From Heterodontus francisci (lineage: Eukaryota), in assembly GCF_036365525.1 (NCBI RefSeq), contig NC_090400.1:42029365-42093364 (forward strand): a stretch of DNA of 64,000 nt, given 5' to 3'. Within the stretch, counting starts at the first letter, position 1. The number at the start of each line of letters is the position of its first letter. Positions 23,781 to 35,778 of this stretch are shown here, piece by piece. The translations under genes were made by a program, and so were the position numbers. The notes under the pieces were generated by a model, which worked only from the letters and a program-made list of their open reading frames with translations, did not search any database and was not told the origin of the DNA.

Positions 23781-26513
23781 GGACTGGATTTCATTCTCCT
23801 CCGGGTGTCGGTTCCATAGCGGGGTGGGGATGGGGCCTGAAGATGCCTCCTGGAGAGGGCCGCCACGCACTCAGACGCCAGGAGGGCCCAGCCTGATCTT
23901 CGCGGTGTCAGTGATGCCTAGTGACGCCCCCCACCCCGCTGCCGCCCAGCGACAGGAACCCCATTTGAATATTTAAATAAATTAAAATGAATGAATTAAA
24001 GATACTTACATTGCTGCTTGATGTTCCACTGCGATCTTCGGCCCGGTGGCCGGCACTCCCACATCTTCGGAAACAAGGCGCCACACTGGTGGGGAGCGGG
24101 AGGAGGTAGGTTTCTCAGTGCAGAGGTCAAAGTAATATCGTGGGTGTAGGGGATGGTGGAAAGGGTTGGAGTTGAAAGTTTGTGGGGGTGACGGGGAAGG
24201 TTAGATTATAAAGGTAAGTGTTTTAGGGGGAAAGGGCAAATAATTAATTGAATGGTCATTGGTGGGGTGGGAGTGGGGCAAAAGAAATGTATTAAATTAT
24301 TTGCATTCACTTTATCTTTAAATATTTAAATTTACCAGTAGGGCAGACAGCCCTTTCAAAAGGGCATCAGCACCTGCAGAGAGGCAGCTTATGCCATTGC
24401 TGGAGCGGACAGCCCGCCCCCTCCACATAGCACGTTTAGGGAGGTGGTCACACCACAGGTTAGGAGCATGCAGGCAGAGAGGGAATGGGTGACCACCAGG
24501 CAGTCTAAGAGAACCAGGCAGGTAGTGCAGGAGTCCCCTGAGTCTATCTTGCCTGCTAATCAGTTTTCCATTTTGGGTACTGGTGAGAGCGATGGTTCCT
24601 CAGGGGAGTGCAGCCAGAGTAAAGTCTGTGGCACCACGGGTGGCTCAGCTGCACAGGAAGCTGAGGAAAATGGGTGGGAGAGCAATAGTGATAGGGGATT
24701 CAATAGACAGGTGTCTCTGCGGCAGGAAACATGACTCCAGAATGGTGTGTTGCCTTCCTGGTGCCAGGCTCAATGATGTCACGGAGCAGCTGCAGGGCAT
24801 CCTTCTGGGGGAGGGTGAACAGCCAGAGGTCGTGGTCCACATAGGGACCAAAGACATAGGTAGGAAGAGGGATGAGGTCTGGAAAGTAGATTTTAACGAG
24901 TTAGGAAGGAAATTAAAAAGCAGAATCTCGAAAGCAGTAATCTCAGGAATACTCCCAGTGCCACGTGCTAGTGAGCATAGCAATAGGAGGATTGATCGAT
25001 TTAACACGTGGCTGGAGAATTGGTGTAGGAGGGAGGGCATCAGATTTCTGAGGCATTGGGACCGGTTCTGGGGCAGGTGGGACCTGTACAAGATGGACAA
25101 GGTACACCTTACCAGGACCAGAACTAATATTCTCGCAGGGAGATTTGCTAGTGCTGTTGTGGAGGGTTTAAACTAGCTTGTCAGGGGGATGGGAATCTGA
25201 GGGGTAACTCAAATTGGAAGGAAGTAAAGCTAGTAACAGGAGGTAGAAAAGTAGCAAGTGACATTAGAAGGCAGGGGAAACAAAGGCGAGCATCAACCAG
25301 GCTTAGAATGCAAAATAATGTTAAGAAGACAAGGTTAAGGGGACTCTACCTGAATGCACGCAGCATTTGCAAGAAGGTAGATGATTTAAAGGCCCAAATA
25401 GAGGTAAATGAGTATGATCAAATTGCCATAACGGAAACAGGGCTACAGAGTAACCAAGACTGGGAACTGAATATTCAAAGATATTCGACATTTACGAAGG
25501 ACAGGCAAAAAGGAAAAGGAGGTTGTGTTGCGCTGATAATAAGGGATGGGATCAGTACATTAGTAAGGGAGGATCTCAGATCAGAAGAACAAAATATGGA
25601 ATTTGTTTGGGTGGAGCTAGGAAACAGCAAGGGGCAGCAAACATTGGTAGGAGCTGTTTATAGGCCACCAAACAGTAGTGGTAGTGTGGGGCATAGTATT
25701 AAAATACTTAAAGGGATAGACAGTGTAGATGCAGCTCAGATGTTTCCCCTGGTTGGGGAGTCTAGAACTCGGGGACACAATGTCAAAATAAGGGGGAAGC
25801 CGCTTAGGACAGAGATGAGCAGAAATTTCTTTACTCAGAGGGTTGTGAATCTTTGGAATTCTCTACCCCAGAGGGCTGTGGAAGCTCAGTCATTGAGTAT
25901 GTTTGAAAGAAAGATTGACATTTCTAAATACAAATGACATAAGAGGATATGAGGATAGTGTGGGAAAAAGGCATTGAAATGGAGGATCAGCCATGATCAT
26001 ATTGAATGGCGGGGCAGGCTCGATGAGCTGAATGGCCTACTCCTGCTCCTATGTTCCTCTCCCCCAACAGTACCCACTTGCAGAGATCCCTTCTTCCCTC
26101 ACATCTGTAGATTGAGCTCAGCGGCAATGTCCAATGTGAAGAGAAATTCCACAAGATAATAAAGGATAACTTACCTAACCTATGCAGGCACAGATGACTC
26201 TCGCTTCGGTGGCGCCATCTTTTCAAAGACGGGAAAGCGAAGGGACATGAGTGCCGCATGTCATGCATAAGATTGCGAATGCTGGTAGGATCACAGCAAA
26301 TTAGGTACAAATTCATGCAAAACAGTATGTAACAGATTTAAATTACGATCCCATTACATTGTTGCAGAGGTGCTGCCACAGAACTTCACCGCCTCCAAGA
26401 CAATCTGAAACCAGCATTACAGCGTTGGGTTCCGTGACGGACGACTTCGCACCGATTTTCTGCCCACCCCCTGCAAAAAAACTCATCTTCCACAGGGGCA
26501 TAAAATCCAGCCC
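23781..26513. mobile_element. Harbinger-type MITE sequence (pieces ~23781-24430 and ~26056-26513) flanking a CR1
   Basis: Left end GGACTGGATTT, right end AAAATCCAGCCC; flanks TGA/TAT do not match, so this may be two elements. Confidence 0.6.
24430..26055 (+). mobile_element. CR1 LINE with ORF1 (SGNH/GDSL esterase), ORF2 endonuclease start, joined directly to a CR1 3' end
   Basis: ORF 24583-25176: IVIGDSI, VCCLPGA, VVHIGTKD, DKVHL; ORF 25308-25937: YLNARSI, IAITET, GAVYRPP, then jumps to KILKGID...RTRGH...FFTQRVVNLWNSLP. Confidence 0.9.
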
Positions 26514-27675
26514 TATATTTTCAAAATTCCAAACCTGAATGGATGTCTTATAACTCACTGTTCAAAGATTCAAAATGCAGATTTAAAACTAAAATGGTTT
26601 TCACAAAACTATGTCACTCTGCCTTTGCTTGTGCATTCATCCATTGAACATCATAAGTTGAGTAGATGGGTGTCAGTCCAGATATTTTCAGGATACTCTC
26701 ACCTGACAACATTCCTTTCACCTGCTCCCTGAGCACTCTCAACAATTCCATCCCCCCAACTCCCATCAGATCCTTCACCACCAATCACAAGGGCACACTG
26801 GACCATCTTTCTCATTCCAAACAAACACACCCTTCCTTTGTTGTCTTCTTATCAGCTACAAACAGCATTCTCTTCTTATCACATTTACAGAACCAGAAAC
26901 TCCACTTAGGGCAACTGAACAGGGTGTTACAGACAGAATTGAGAGAGAACTGAAACCCCAGTTCCCTTCCCGTTGCTGTCCGTAATCAGTGCGTTTTTGA
27001 CAAGGAAGATGTGTGTGTTTCTGAACCCCTGAGTGTATGGCCAATTAGAATAACCAGCAGCACACTTTTCATGGCTTTAAATAAGGAGGATTACTTTTAT
27101 TCACACGTTCAACCCGAAAGTCTAACGCTATGTCACTCACCACTCGCATACACATACTTGAGAAAGAAAGCCCTTAAAGAGATAGTGCACTTTTACCAAT
27201 TGCAAACAAAGGAATAGTTTGTATGTCACGTGATTTTGGCTCATCCTGGGGAATAGGGATGCTTTGCAGGCTCGGTGAAAAAGGCTCCTGATGCATAGTT
27301 AGGTGGATTCGAAAGCCAGATTTGTGTATCGAAGTTGTTGCAGGATTCTCTTGGAGAGGTGGATTTTCAGCAAGTCACAAAGTTAGTTGCTTGTAGTCTC
27401 ATTACCAGGAGGTCAGTTTTCTGTACTGGTGGACCTGAAAAGGAGCAGGTCTGGCAACCTTAGGATGTTATAATCTCCAGTTTTAAGGCACGATGGTGTT
27501 CTGCCTTTGTTGCTGTCTCTGTAGCTGGTGATTTGCAGACTGATGAGTTTCTCTCTGGTGCCTGGAGTAATAAGATCTGTTATCTGTGATTAATTTTGGT
27601 CATGTGACCACCTGATCAATGTTTCTATTGTCCACCCACACTGATTTGAAGTTCAAAGCCGTTGCTACACAATGA

Positions 27676-27700
27676 GGGGGTGGGGGGGGGGGGGGGGGGG
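27676..27700 (+). repeat. Poly-G tract
   Basis: GGGGGT followed by an uninterrupted run of ~19 G. Confidence 0.85.
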
Positions 27701-27781
27701 TGATGGTGGCCATTCACACCGATCTATGATTTAATTGTTTTCTTATAGCTCTCTTTGTTAAGTTTTGAGCTTGGAGACGGT

Positions 27782-28455
27782 GACTGGGATTTTATGTTGC
27801 CGACGGGAGTCTCGACGTCTGGAAAAAGCGACGCCAAGAAGCCCACATCGCCTCTTCTGTGGAAGGCCCAGCGAATCTTATGCCAATTAGGCATTAAGTG
27901 GACAGCGAAGGGCCTTCCACTGGATCAAGGACACTGGCAATGGAAGTCCCGCCCTCATAGAACTGCAAGCCAATCAGAGACCAGCAGCTCTTACACTGAG
28001 CAGCGCCACCGGTTGAGTACCTACACAAGGCCTAGGAGCATCGTTGGACCCAGGCCACGGGTAGGTCAGGGTGGGGGTCACGGGAGAGGGGGTGTGGGGT
28101 GTCGTTAACAAGTGCAAAGGGATGGCTCTCAGCGAGCCCTGCTTCCCAATGCTAGGCTACCAGGTTCTTTGTTCAGGCACTGTGCCATTTTAAGAGGGAC
28201 CACCCCACCCCACCACCGCCCAGCGCACAGCTAATTGTGGCAATGGCAGGATTAGGCCCTTAATTGGGCATCAATTGCCCACTTTAGGGCCTCGTTGTTG
28301 TCGGGGTGGGAATGCCATTCATAGGACTTCCCGCCCCGGACTTAATTTTGGCAGAGGTGAGAAGGTGGCAGGGTGCTCCCCCGCCACCATCCCACCCGAT
28401 TTTATGTTCCCCTCGCCTCCAAACCTGCTGCGTGGTAGAGCATAAAATTACCCCC
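27782..28455. mobile_element. GC-rich Harbinger-type MITE
   Basis: Imperfect TIR GACTGGGATTTTATG / CATAAAATTACCCCC; flanks GGT/AGT. Confidence 0.65.
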
Positions 28456-28466
28456 AGTGAGTCTAG

Positions 28467-29233
28467 GGGACGGATTTTGTTCCCAGCCCAACGTCGGGTT
28501 CCATGGCACAAGTCGGGGGCGGGGGGTGAGCAGATAATCGCAGCGGCCGCCATGGAACCCTGCACCGGGCCCGATCTTCTTGGGGGTGGGATAGGCCGAC
28601 GTCAGCCTTCCCACCCAGAGGCCAGCTGAGGCTCTTAAGTGGCCTATTGATGGCCAATTAAGGGCCTTTTCCCACCGCTACTGAAATCTTACCAGAGGCA
28701 GGGGTGGCCTCCATTGCGTGGGGTGCAGCCTTGGAATACAAGGCGCCCTCCCTGCGGGCTTGGGGTGGGGTCCCTCCTTTGTGAGCAATTCGTGGCCACA
28801 GAGGCCCCACGCCCACCTCCCGGGAACCACTGTACCCCCCCCCCCCCCCAGGATGCCCTCCCCCTGGACCAAACATCCAACACCTCACACCCCTCACCGG
28901 GGCCTTCCATACCAACTCCTGCGACCCTGCCTTGCCTACCTCAAGTCCAACACTGGGCCTGGATCCGCGACCTCTGCAGTACCGGCAGTGGCCACCACTC
29001 CCGGTGGCGATGCCGATACACTTGAGCTGCTGGCCCTCTGATTGGCCGACAGCTCTTGGAGGCAGGATTCCTGTCCCTATTAAGTGTTTAAAGGGACGGG
29101 GATCCTGCCTCCTTAAACTTTGACCCCAAAAGACCGGAGGATCTCTCCAGGGGTCAGAGAAAATCCAGAGGCAGGCTTACCCCGCCTTTTTGGCCGGCGC
29201 CGGGAGCCCCGCCTTCTGCATAAAATCCAGCCC
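28467..29233. mobile_element. Complete GC-rich Harbinger-type MITE
   Basis: TIR GGGACGGATTTT / AAAATCCAGCCC (10/12) with 3-bp TSD TAG (28464-28466, 29234-29236). Confidence 0.8.
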
Positions 29234-29996
29234 TAGGAGTCCATAAACACTGAGTTTTGAGTCAGACCAGAAACAATATGAAGTGTGAATTCCACAAATG
29301 GTTTCGTCTTGGTATGTCCATCCAAGGGAGGCAGTCCACCTGTGGTCATTCAATTGCAAAAGTCACCTGTCTCTTGGCAACCATCTTATTGCAGCATTTT
29401 AATGTCCATTGTGGTTCATTTGTAAAAAGGAAAATTCAGAAGATTCTATGCTGAATACAGTCCACGTTTAAATTTTTGAATAGGACATGCCTTTATTGGG
29501 CATGACAAGGGTAACAGGAACTTTTAATGCAGAGGGGGTTTGTACAGGTTTTCTAGGAAGGAGAAAGAGCCAGACACCAGAATCACTGTGCTTTTAACTC
29601 ATCCTTGGCATCTCTGGCTGCAAGACATTGAAGTGACCCTCTTTTTTCTATTCTGTTCTCAACTTCACCCTGGTATTCCTCATCTGTGAGGGCTGCAGCT
29701 GTTGCTGTTCCTCCTTCAAATCCATCCTCCTCTGGATGGCAAAGTTATGCAGAATGCAGCACGTATATTGTGTAGCATATTGTAGGGAACTACCAGACCT
29801 CTTCGATACCTGAATTTAGCTGAGTGTACTCAATATGATCCTGGTGTTTCTATAGCTCCGATTATACCTGTGGGGTTGCAGAGAGGTATCATGAGCCATG
29901 CACATAGCAGGTATCCTTTGTTCCCTATCTGCCATTGTGTCATGTTTCTTGAAGAGTCAAATATTGTTTGGGGCTGGGGAATATTTGAGTAAAAGA

Positions 29997-30260
29997 GTTT
30001 AGTTTAGTTTAGAGATACAGCACTGAAACAGGCCCTTCAGCCCACCGAGTCTGTGCCGACCATCAACCACCCATTTATACTAATCCTACACTAATCCCAT
30101 ATCCCTACCACATCCCCACCTGTCCCTATATTTCCCTACCACCTACCTATTCTAGGGGCAATTTATAATGGCCAATTAACCTATCAACCTGCAAGTCTTT
30201 GGCATGTGGGAGGAAACCGGAGCACCCGGAGGAAACCCACGCAGACACAGGGAGAACTTG
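29997..30260 (-). mobile_element. HE1-type SINE, 5'-truncated
   Basis: Reverse complement of 35520-35778, with (TAAAC)n tail. Confidence 0.9.
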
Positions 30261-30368
30261 AGTTATGATAGCCACATGAAAGATGACTCAACCTTGCATC
30301 CTCTTTTTGGGATCAAAGACAAGCTTCACATTAATTGAGTAATAGCCCTTTTTATTTACAAAGGCTAC

Positions 30369-30626
30369 AGTTGTGGGACCACCTTAAGAGGGGACCACTT
30401 AAGGGGCTGTAAGTGAAGGTCACTGGAGGAAGTGATGTCATGTGACACATGACCAGAGAGTTGTGGGTATAGCCTGACAGAGTAAGATCTGTGATGATGT
30501 GGCTCTTGTTGTGCATATATCTGTTCTAGTTAAGTTATAACAAAAACCCACATATTCTTTGGATATTACTTGTAGTCCTGTGAATCTTACAATGGTTCAC
30601 ATACCAAAGGAACAAGTAATATTACA
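30369..30626. mobile_element. Short solo LTR-like insertion, 258 bp
   Basis: Perfect 5-bp TSD GCTAC (30364-30368, 30627-30631); termini AGTTGT...ATTACA (TG..CA with one change); removing it restores transposase motif order. Confidence 0.7.
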
Positions 30627-30765
30627 GCTACTGTCTGGTCTTCTGGTGCCTGATAGCAACATGTATACAGTCTATCATGCCCTGGATGCGAAAGAAGCTA
30701 GCCACTGCTGTAAATCCCTTAGCTCTCTCCTGGTGATTGTTGACTCCAATGAGGCAAATGATGTA

Positions 30766-30933
30766 AAAGCAAAATACTGCAGATGTTGGAAATCTGAAAT
30801 AAAAACAGAAAGTGCTGGAAATACTCAGCAGGTCTGGCAGCATCTGTGGAGAGAGAGAGAGTTCTGATGAAAGGTCACAGACCTGGAATATTAACTCTGT
30901 TTCTCTCTCCACAGATGCTGCCAGACTTGCTGA
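30766..30933. repeat. Palindromic (hairpin) interspersed repeat, possibly Penelope-derived
   Basis: 32-bp arms TCAGCAGGTCTGGCAGCATCTGTGGAGAGAGA (30825-30856) and TCTCTCTCCACAGATGCTGCCAGACTTGCTGA (30902-30933), one mismatch. Confidence 0.8.
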
Positions 30934-32324
30934 AGAAAGTGATGCACTGGTTAACCTTGGCAAACAAAGCCTTTGTGACCTGCTTATAGAGCTATGTACT
31001 TTAAACTGGAATATGCAAGTAATGACCCCTGTAGCATCTGGATTGAGCCAGTTGCAAAGAGGTTCAGGGCTGTGGTGACTTTGACAGTCACTAGCAAAGC
31101 ATGGCCACTTGATCCAACAGGTCTTGTTGCAAGAGGGTATAGAGATCTGCAACACCCTATGCGAAGAAGCGCAGCCTCCTAATGCATTGTTCCTCAGATA
31201 GATCCAGAAAAGTGACTCAGTCTATAGACTTTTTGGGCTCGATAATGCCCCCTAACAGCAGCCCCCCTCATCTGCTGTCTTCTAATAGACCCACCTGCTG
31301 CTCATGCTGGTGTCTGAGACTACTGCTGTTATTCCTCTTATTCCATCTCTTCCTTCATCCAAATCAATGTGGCTATAATTTCACCCTTGATAGCCTGTGG
31401 GGAAAAATTTTCTTAGAAGGAAGCAATCTAGAAGCTGGAATAATACCTGGCAATCTAAAAAACACAATGGCACAAAGATCCCTATGATCCAATTATCTGC
31501 AGTTGAGCGCCCATTTTTCTTGAGGCCTTGAGAGACCAATCCGTTAGCTTTTAACAATAGGCTTGGGCGCTGGATGGGACTTTTGTGATATCATATTAAA
31601 TTGGTGTTGGGGTCATAAAGACATCATAGGACGTCAGTTGCTGGCAGGCACCTTGAGCAATTAAAAAATAAAAGTGCAGTTCATTTTTGGCTAGAGGGAA
31701 AGCAATAGAACTAGGACGATTCGTACTAACCTGGACAGGGTGGGTTAAAATCATCCCTATACCTTCATAGTGGGTAAGGTGACTAAATGCATCTAGTAAT
31801 TTCTCTTTTTTTGTTATTTCTGTTCCCTTCTCTGAAATTGCCACTAAAGCAGAATACTTTCCTTCACCATCTCCGGCCTTAGCTGCAGAAAGGTGATAGT
31901 ATGACTGCACACTTAGATTACCTCAATTAAAGCATAAGATAGATACTTTGACCCTTTAAATAGTCAATGTACTAGTTTCATTATTTTGACTCACTCCATC
32001 TTATTTAATCTGATGAGGAATTGACAGATCAGTTTGTAGGAAAATTTTGTGAAATTTCTCACTATTGTCATTTAAGACACATTTACTAAAAAAAATTTTT
32101 AAAGACTTATATGTAGCTATATAACTTTTCTAAGTTTATTTGTAAAATATTTAATTGACTCTGTGAGTTTAACCAGTGAGTAGCTAAGATATAAAGCCCA
32201 GGAACATCTCCAGTTTGATTCCCAGTCTCTGCTGAATTAGTTTATCACAGTCAGGGCAGCAGTTGAGACAATACTGTTGGATTTAGTACCCTAGATTAGG
32301 GAGAGAGAAACTGGACTTGATTAA

Positions 32325-32520
32325 TTTTTTAAAATCCTTTTGTGGGATGTGAGCATCACTGGCAAGGCCAGCATTTATTGCCCATCCCTAATTGCACTTC
32401 AGAAGGTGGTGGTGAGCCGCCTCTGGAACTGCTGCAGTCACTTTGGTGTAGGTATACCCACAGTGCTGTTAGGGAGGGAGTTCCAGGATTTTGACCCGGT
32501 GATAGTGAAGGAGCAATGAT
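32325..32520 (-). mobile_element. 3' tail of LINE family B
   Basis: Reverse complement of 40075-40265. Confidence 0.85.
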
Positions 32521-32522
32521 AT

Positions 32523-32985
32523 GGGCCAGAATTTTGCAAGTGTGGCAGGAGCCCCACTGCCAAGGACAAAAGCTAGGGCCAACCTTGCTTCGGCAGGCTG
32601 CGGAACCCGGGGCTGCATTTTGCTGGTGGCAGCCACTTTTGGGACTGCTGCTCTATTAAGGACAGCAGCCTGTCCCCAAGAGCTGCCAGTCCAATCAGAG
32701 GGCTGGCAGCACAACAGTCTTAGCAGTGGCACCGGAGAGGTGTTGCTGCTGAAACAGGCAGGAGACCTGGGGCCTACAGCATGTAGGTGGAAAAATTGTT
32801 AAATAATCAAAGGGCCTAGTGCTGGAGGGGAAACCCCTCCAGCGAAATGGTTGGGACCAGCAGCAGGGGAGAGGGGGGTGGGGGGCTGCCTTCCCTCACC
32901 ATGGCCCCCCTCTTTGTTGCATAAAAGACCTCCCACCATAGTACACTGAAGGGCTAGAAGCTATGTAAAAGCCCTTGGGCTCTAT
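32523..32985. mobile_element. GC-rich MITE-like fragment
   Basis: Begins GGGCCAGAATTTT; shares the CCAATCAGAG block with 27970; right end uncertain. Confidence 0.55.
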
Positions 32986-33164
32986 GTACCAGAGAATGTT
33001 TGACATGGAATGTATATTATAACAATAACCTGTAACTGTAAGTGTACTGAGGCACCTTAGAGTGCCACGTACTGTATTGAAAGATATTGAACTGTGTTGC
33101 ATTTTATGTAATGTCAAATTTGAACTATTATGTAATGCAGTTCAAAATTCTATGGAGAAACTAT

Positions 33165-34822
33165 TGTCATGGAAGTGACTGTTTTGTTAAAAAATATTTT
33201 TTAAGGAATTTAAATTTAAGCAAAATAAATGTTGCATCTGTTTTTTAATCAAGAGGATAGAGAGGGAGCAGGATTGGCAACAGTGTTGCTGTTTGACACA
33301 TGGCTCAGGCTAGGCTTCAAACAGAAACCCTGGCAACAGGAGCAGAAAAGTGACAAGCACTCCTTTGATTGGACAAGCCCAGTAGCAGGCAGAGCACACT
33401 TCGGATGGACAGAGAAAAAAAACTCACCAATCTTTTTGGTTGTTAATCAGTGCATGTGTGTGATACCTTCCGGAAGGAGATAAGAGTCAAGTCTATGCAG
33501 AAAAAAAGAATAGAATTCCAAGGAAGAACAGAAGGCCTGAACCAGCCCCCTTTCCAGCAATTCCCTAAAGGATTCTGTGAAGTTTACTGTGTTGAGTTGT
33601 CTTGTTTCCTGTATTTCAAGAAGGCCTGCTAAATTACCTTTCAACGCTGCCTGAAGAGAACTAATTCTGGAAGATTCTAAAGATCCTGCCTGTGTATGCC
33701 CAGAGGTTGGACTGTGTGCCAGTTTGGTGCAGCGTGTCTCATCTGCTATTTTTCCAGGGGTGGGCAAGTGATCTGCCCGGGTGTGTTTTTTTGTCTGTAC
33801 TGGAGCGCTGATCTCAAAATCCTTTTTTAACTTTTCTGGTTAACTGGTATAGATATGTGTGTGTGTGTGAGTGTGAAGGAACTACAGTAAAAAGGGGCTT
33901 TAAAATTTGGTTAAGGTAGAAAGGGGACTTTTTAAAAGCTTAATGTTGGATTTTTAAAAATTTGATCGATGTGATAGTTTTACTTCATTACTAGTTAATA
34001 CTTGTTTTATAATAAACTGTTAATTTTGTTGTTCATTAAAGAAGCCTGGTTAGTGTGATCTATTCTGGGGGGAAATAATGTATCTGATTGACTATTTTCA
34101 GTACGTGGGAAAACTTTAAAGAATATGTTGTGACCTGTGGAGAAGTGGGACTGAATTAACAGTGCACTCCTCCCACCTCGGTCATAACATATTTAATTGG
34201 GGCCTCTCTTTCCGGGATAAACCCAACGCCAACAACGTACAATTGTAAGTGGGGTAATAGTAATTTTCAAAGAAAGAGGCGGGTTTCTTGTGCAATGAAG
34301 TCTACACCATCAGAATGTCTGTAGCAGTTGATGAAACTTTTCTGGGGAAGGAGAATGTGTCTATCAGTGATTTGAGGAAATTAACCAAGGTTAAACAAAA
34401 AGAATTGGCATTAAAGTTACAACCAGGGGCTAAGAAAGCAGACATAATTGAAGTAATAGCCCAACATTTGAAATTGGAAGAAGAAGGCGGCAAATCAGAG
34501 GATAGTGCAGTTGAATTAGCCAAAATTCAGTTACTGATGAGGCGGCTTGCACTTGACAAGGAAAAAAAAAGAACTAGAATTGGAAAACTTAAGCTTCAGC
34601 GGGAAAAAGAAATAGAATTAAAAAGACTTAAGCTTGAATTTCAAAAAGAAAGTGAAAGAGAAGGAAAGGAATTTGAATTTAAAAAGATGGAACTAAATCA
34701 ATGGAGTGGTCTTGCCTCCAGTGACTGTTTTCAGTAAGTGAGAAAACTTTAAAGAATATGTTGTGACCTGTGGAGAAGTGGGACTGAATTAACAGTGCAC
34801 TCCTCCTGTCTTGGTCGTAACA
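33165..34822 (+). mobile_element. Internally deleted Gypsy-like LTR retrotransposon: 5' LTR 33165-34189, PBS, gag start, 3' LTR remnant ~34720-34822
   Basis: TGTCATG start; ~100-bp direct repeat 34090-34189 / 34722-34822 ending TAACA; degenerate tRNA-Pro PBS TGGGGGCC..TCCGGGAT at ~34198-34218; ORF 34288-34737 (KADIIEVIAQHL then E/K coiled coil); flanks CTAT/GTAT. Confidence 0.85.
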
Positions 34823-35429
34823 GTATATTTTTGGGGAAAAAATGTGACTGTACGTCAAAAGTAATCCATTGGTTGTGAAGTGCTTTGAACATTCTAAGGC
34901 TGTGCAACTTGTTATGGAAATATGAGTTGTTTCTTTCAGCTTGAAATGCAAATTTCAGTAGTGATCCCTCAGATATATTTTCACTCAAGGTTACACCTGC
35001 AGATGGGATCCTCTAATTTCCCTGTGTTTGTCAACCCTCCATTATATTGAAATATGTTAATTAGAATAGAATGAATATGTGTTTATAAATTAAAACAATT
35101 TATTATTTTAATAGATTCCATCAAAACCTTTCTGAGATCATCGTTTAAGAAGTGGAGCACCATAATGCTTAAAACTATACCATTTCTTTATGATACATTT
35201 TCATATAATTTCAAAGTAAAATTCCTTTAGCCCTCTGGGGAGAAAATAGCAAATCGCAGCTATCACCAATGGAATTGCATATCTGTATATGTATTACATA
35301 TCATAGTGCACTAGAAATCACTTCATGTTTTTGAAATTTTAAGTTCATGAGAACTTGTGGGCTGCTGTCTTTTACTCGAGATTATTCACAGAGCTTAGTT
35401 GTTCATTTGAGAGCAGGTAATTGTCTCAT

Positions 35430-35778
35430 GGGGCGGCACAGTGGCGCAGTGGTTAGCACTGCAGCCTCACAGCTCCAGCGACCCGGGTTCAATTCTGGGT
35501 ACTGCCTGTGTGGAGTTTGCAAGTTCTCCCTGTGTCTGCGTGGGTTTCCTCCGGGTGCTCCGGTTTCCTCCCACAAGCCAAAAGACTTGCAGGTTGGTAG
35601 GTAAATTGGCCATTATAAATTACCCCTAGTATAGGTAGATGGTAGGGAAATATAGGGACAGGTGGGAATGTGGTAGGAATATGGGATTAGTGTAGGATTA
35701 GTATAAATGGGTGGTTGATGGTCGGCGCAGACTCGGTGGGCCGAAGGGCCTGTTTCAGTGCTGTATCTCTAAACTAAA
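35430..35778 (+). mobile_element. HE1-type V-SINE, full length
   Basis: GGGGCGGCACAGTGGCGCAGTGGTTAGC (A box), GGTTCAATTC (B box), 3' GGCCGAAGGGCCTGTTTCAGTGCTGTATCTCTAAACTAAA. Confidence 0.93.

Larger units (their letters stand above)
26925..29507 (-). mobile_element. Solo LTR containing two adjacent MITEs
   Basis: TGTTACAG...CATGACA termini with perfect TSD AGGG (26921-26924, 29508-29511). Confidence 0.8.
29690..31330 (-). pseudogene. Fossil Harbinger (HARBI1-like) DDE transposase, interrupted by three insertions
   Basis: Minus pieces in order: GHALLVTVKVTTALNLFATGS (~31040-31110), QERAKGFTAVASFFRIQGMIDCIHVAIR (30650-30735), VNKKGYYSINVKLVFD (30310-30360), KGYLLCAWLMIPLCNP and CILHNFAIQR (29730-29925). 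Confidence 0.85.

Noticed and set aside
28284-29123. Cluster of overlapping Pro/Gly-rich ORFs and CpG-island-like composition
   Set aside because: Lies inside TIR-bounded MITEs; stop codons are rare because of GC content
30628-31155. 175-aa minus ORF as a gene
   Set aside because: Chance read-through of a hairpin repeat joined to a piece of dead transposase
35430-35500. tRNA-like sequence with A and B boxes (also 6590-6659, 44375, 52210)
   Set aside because: These are SINE heads that continue into V-domain and LINE-derived tails; no complete cloverleaf
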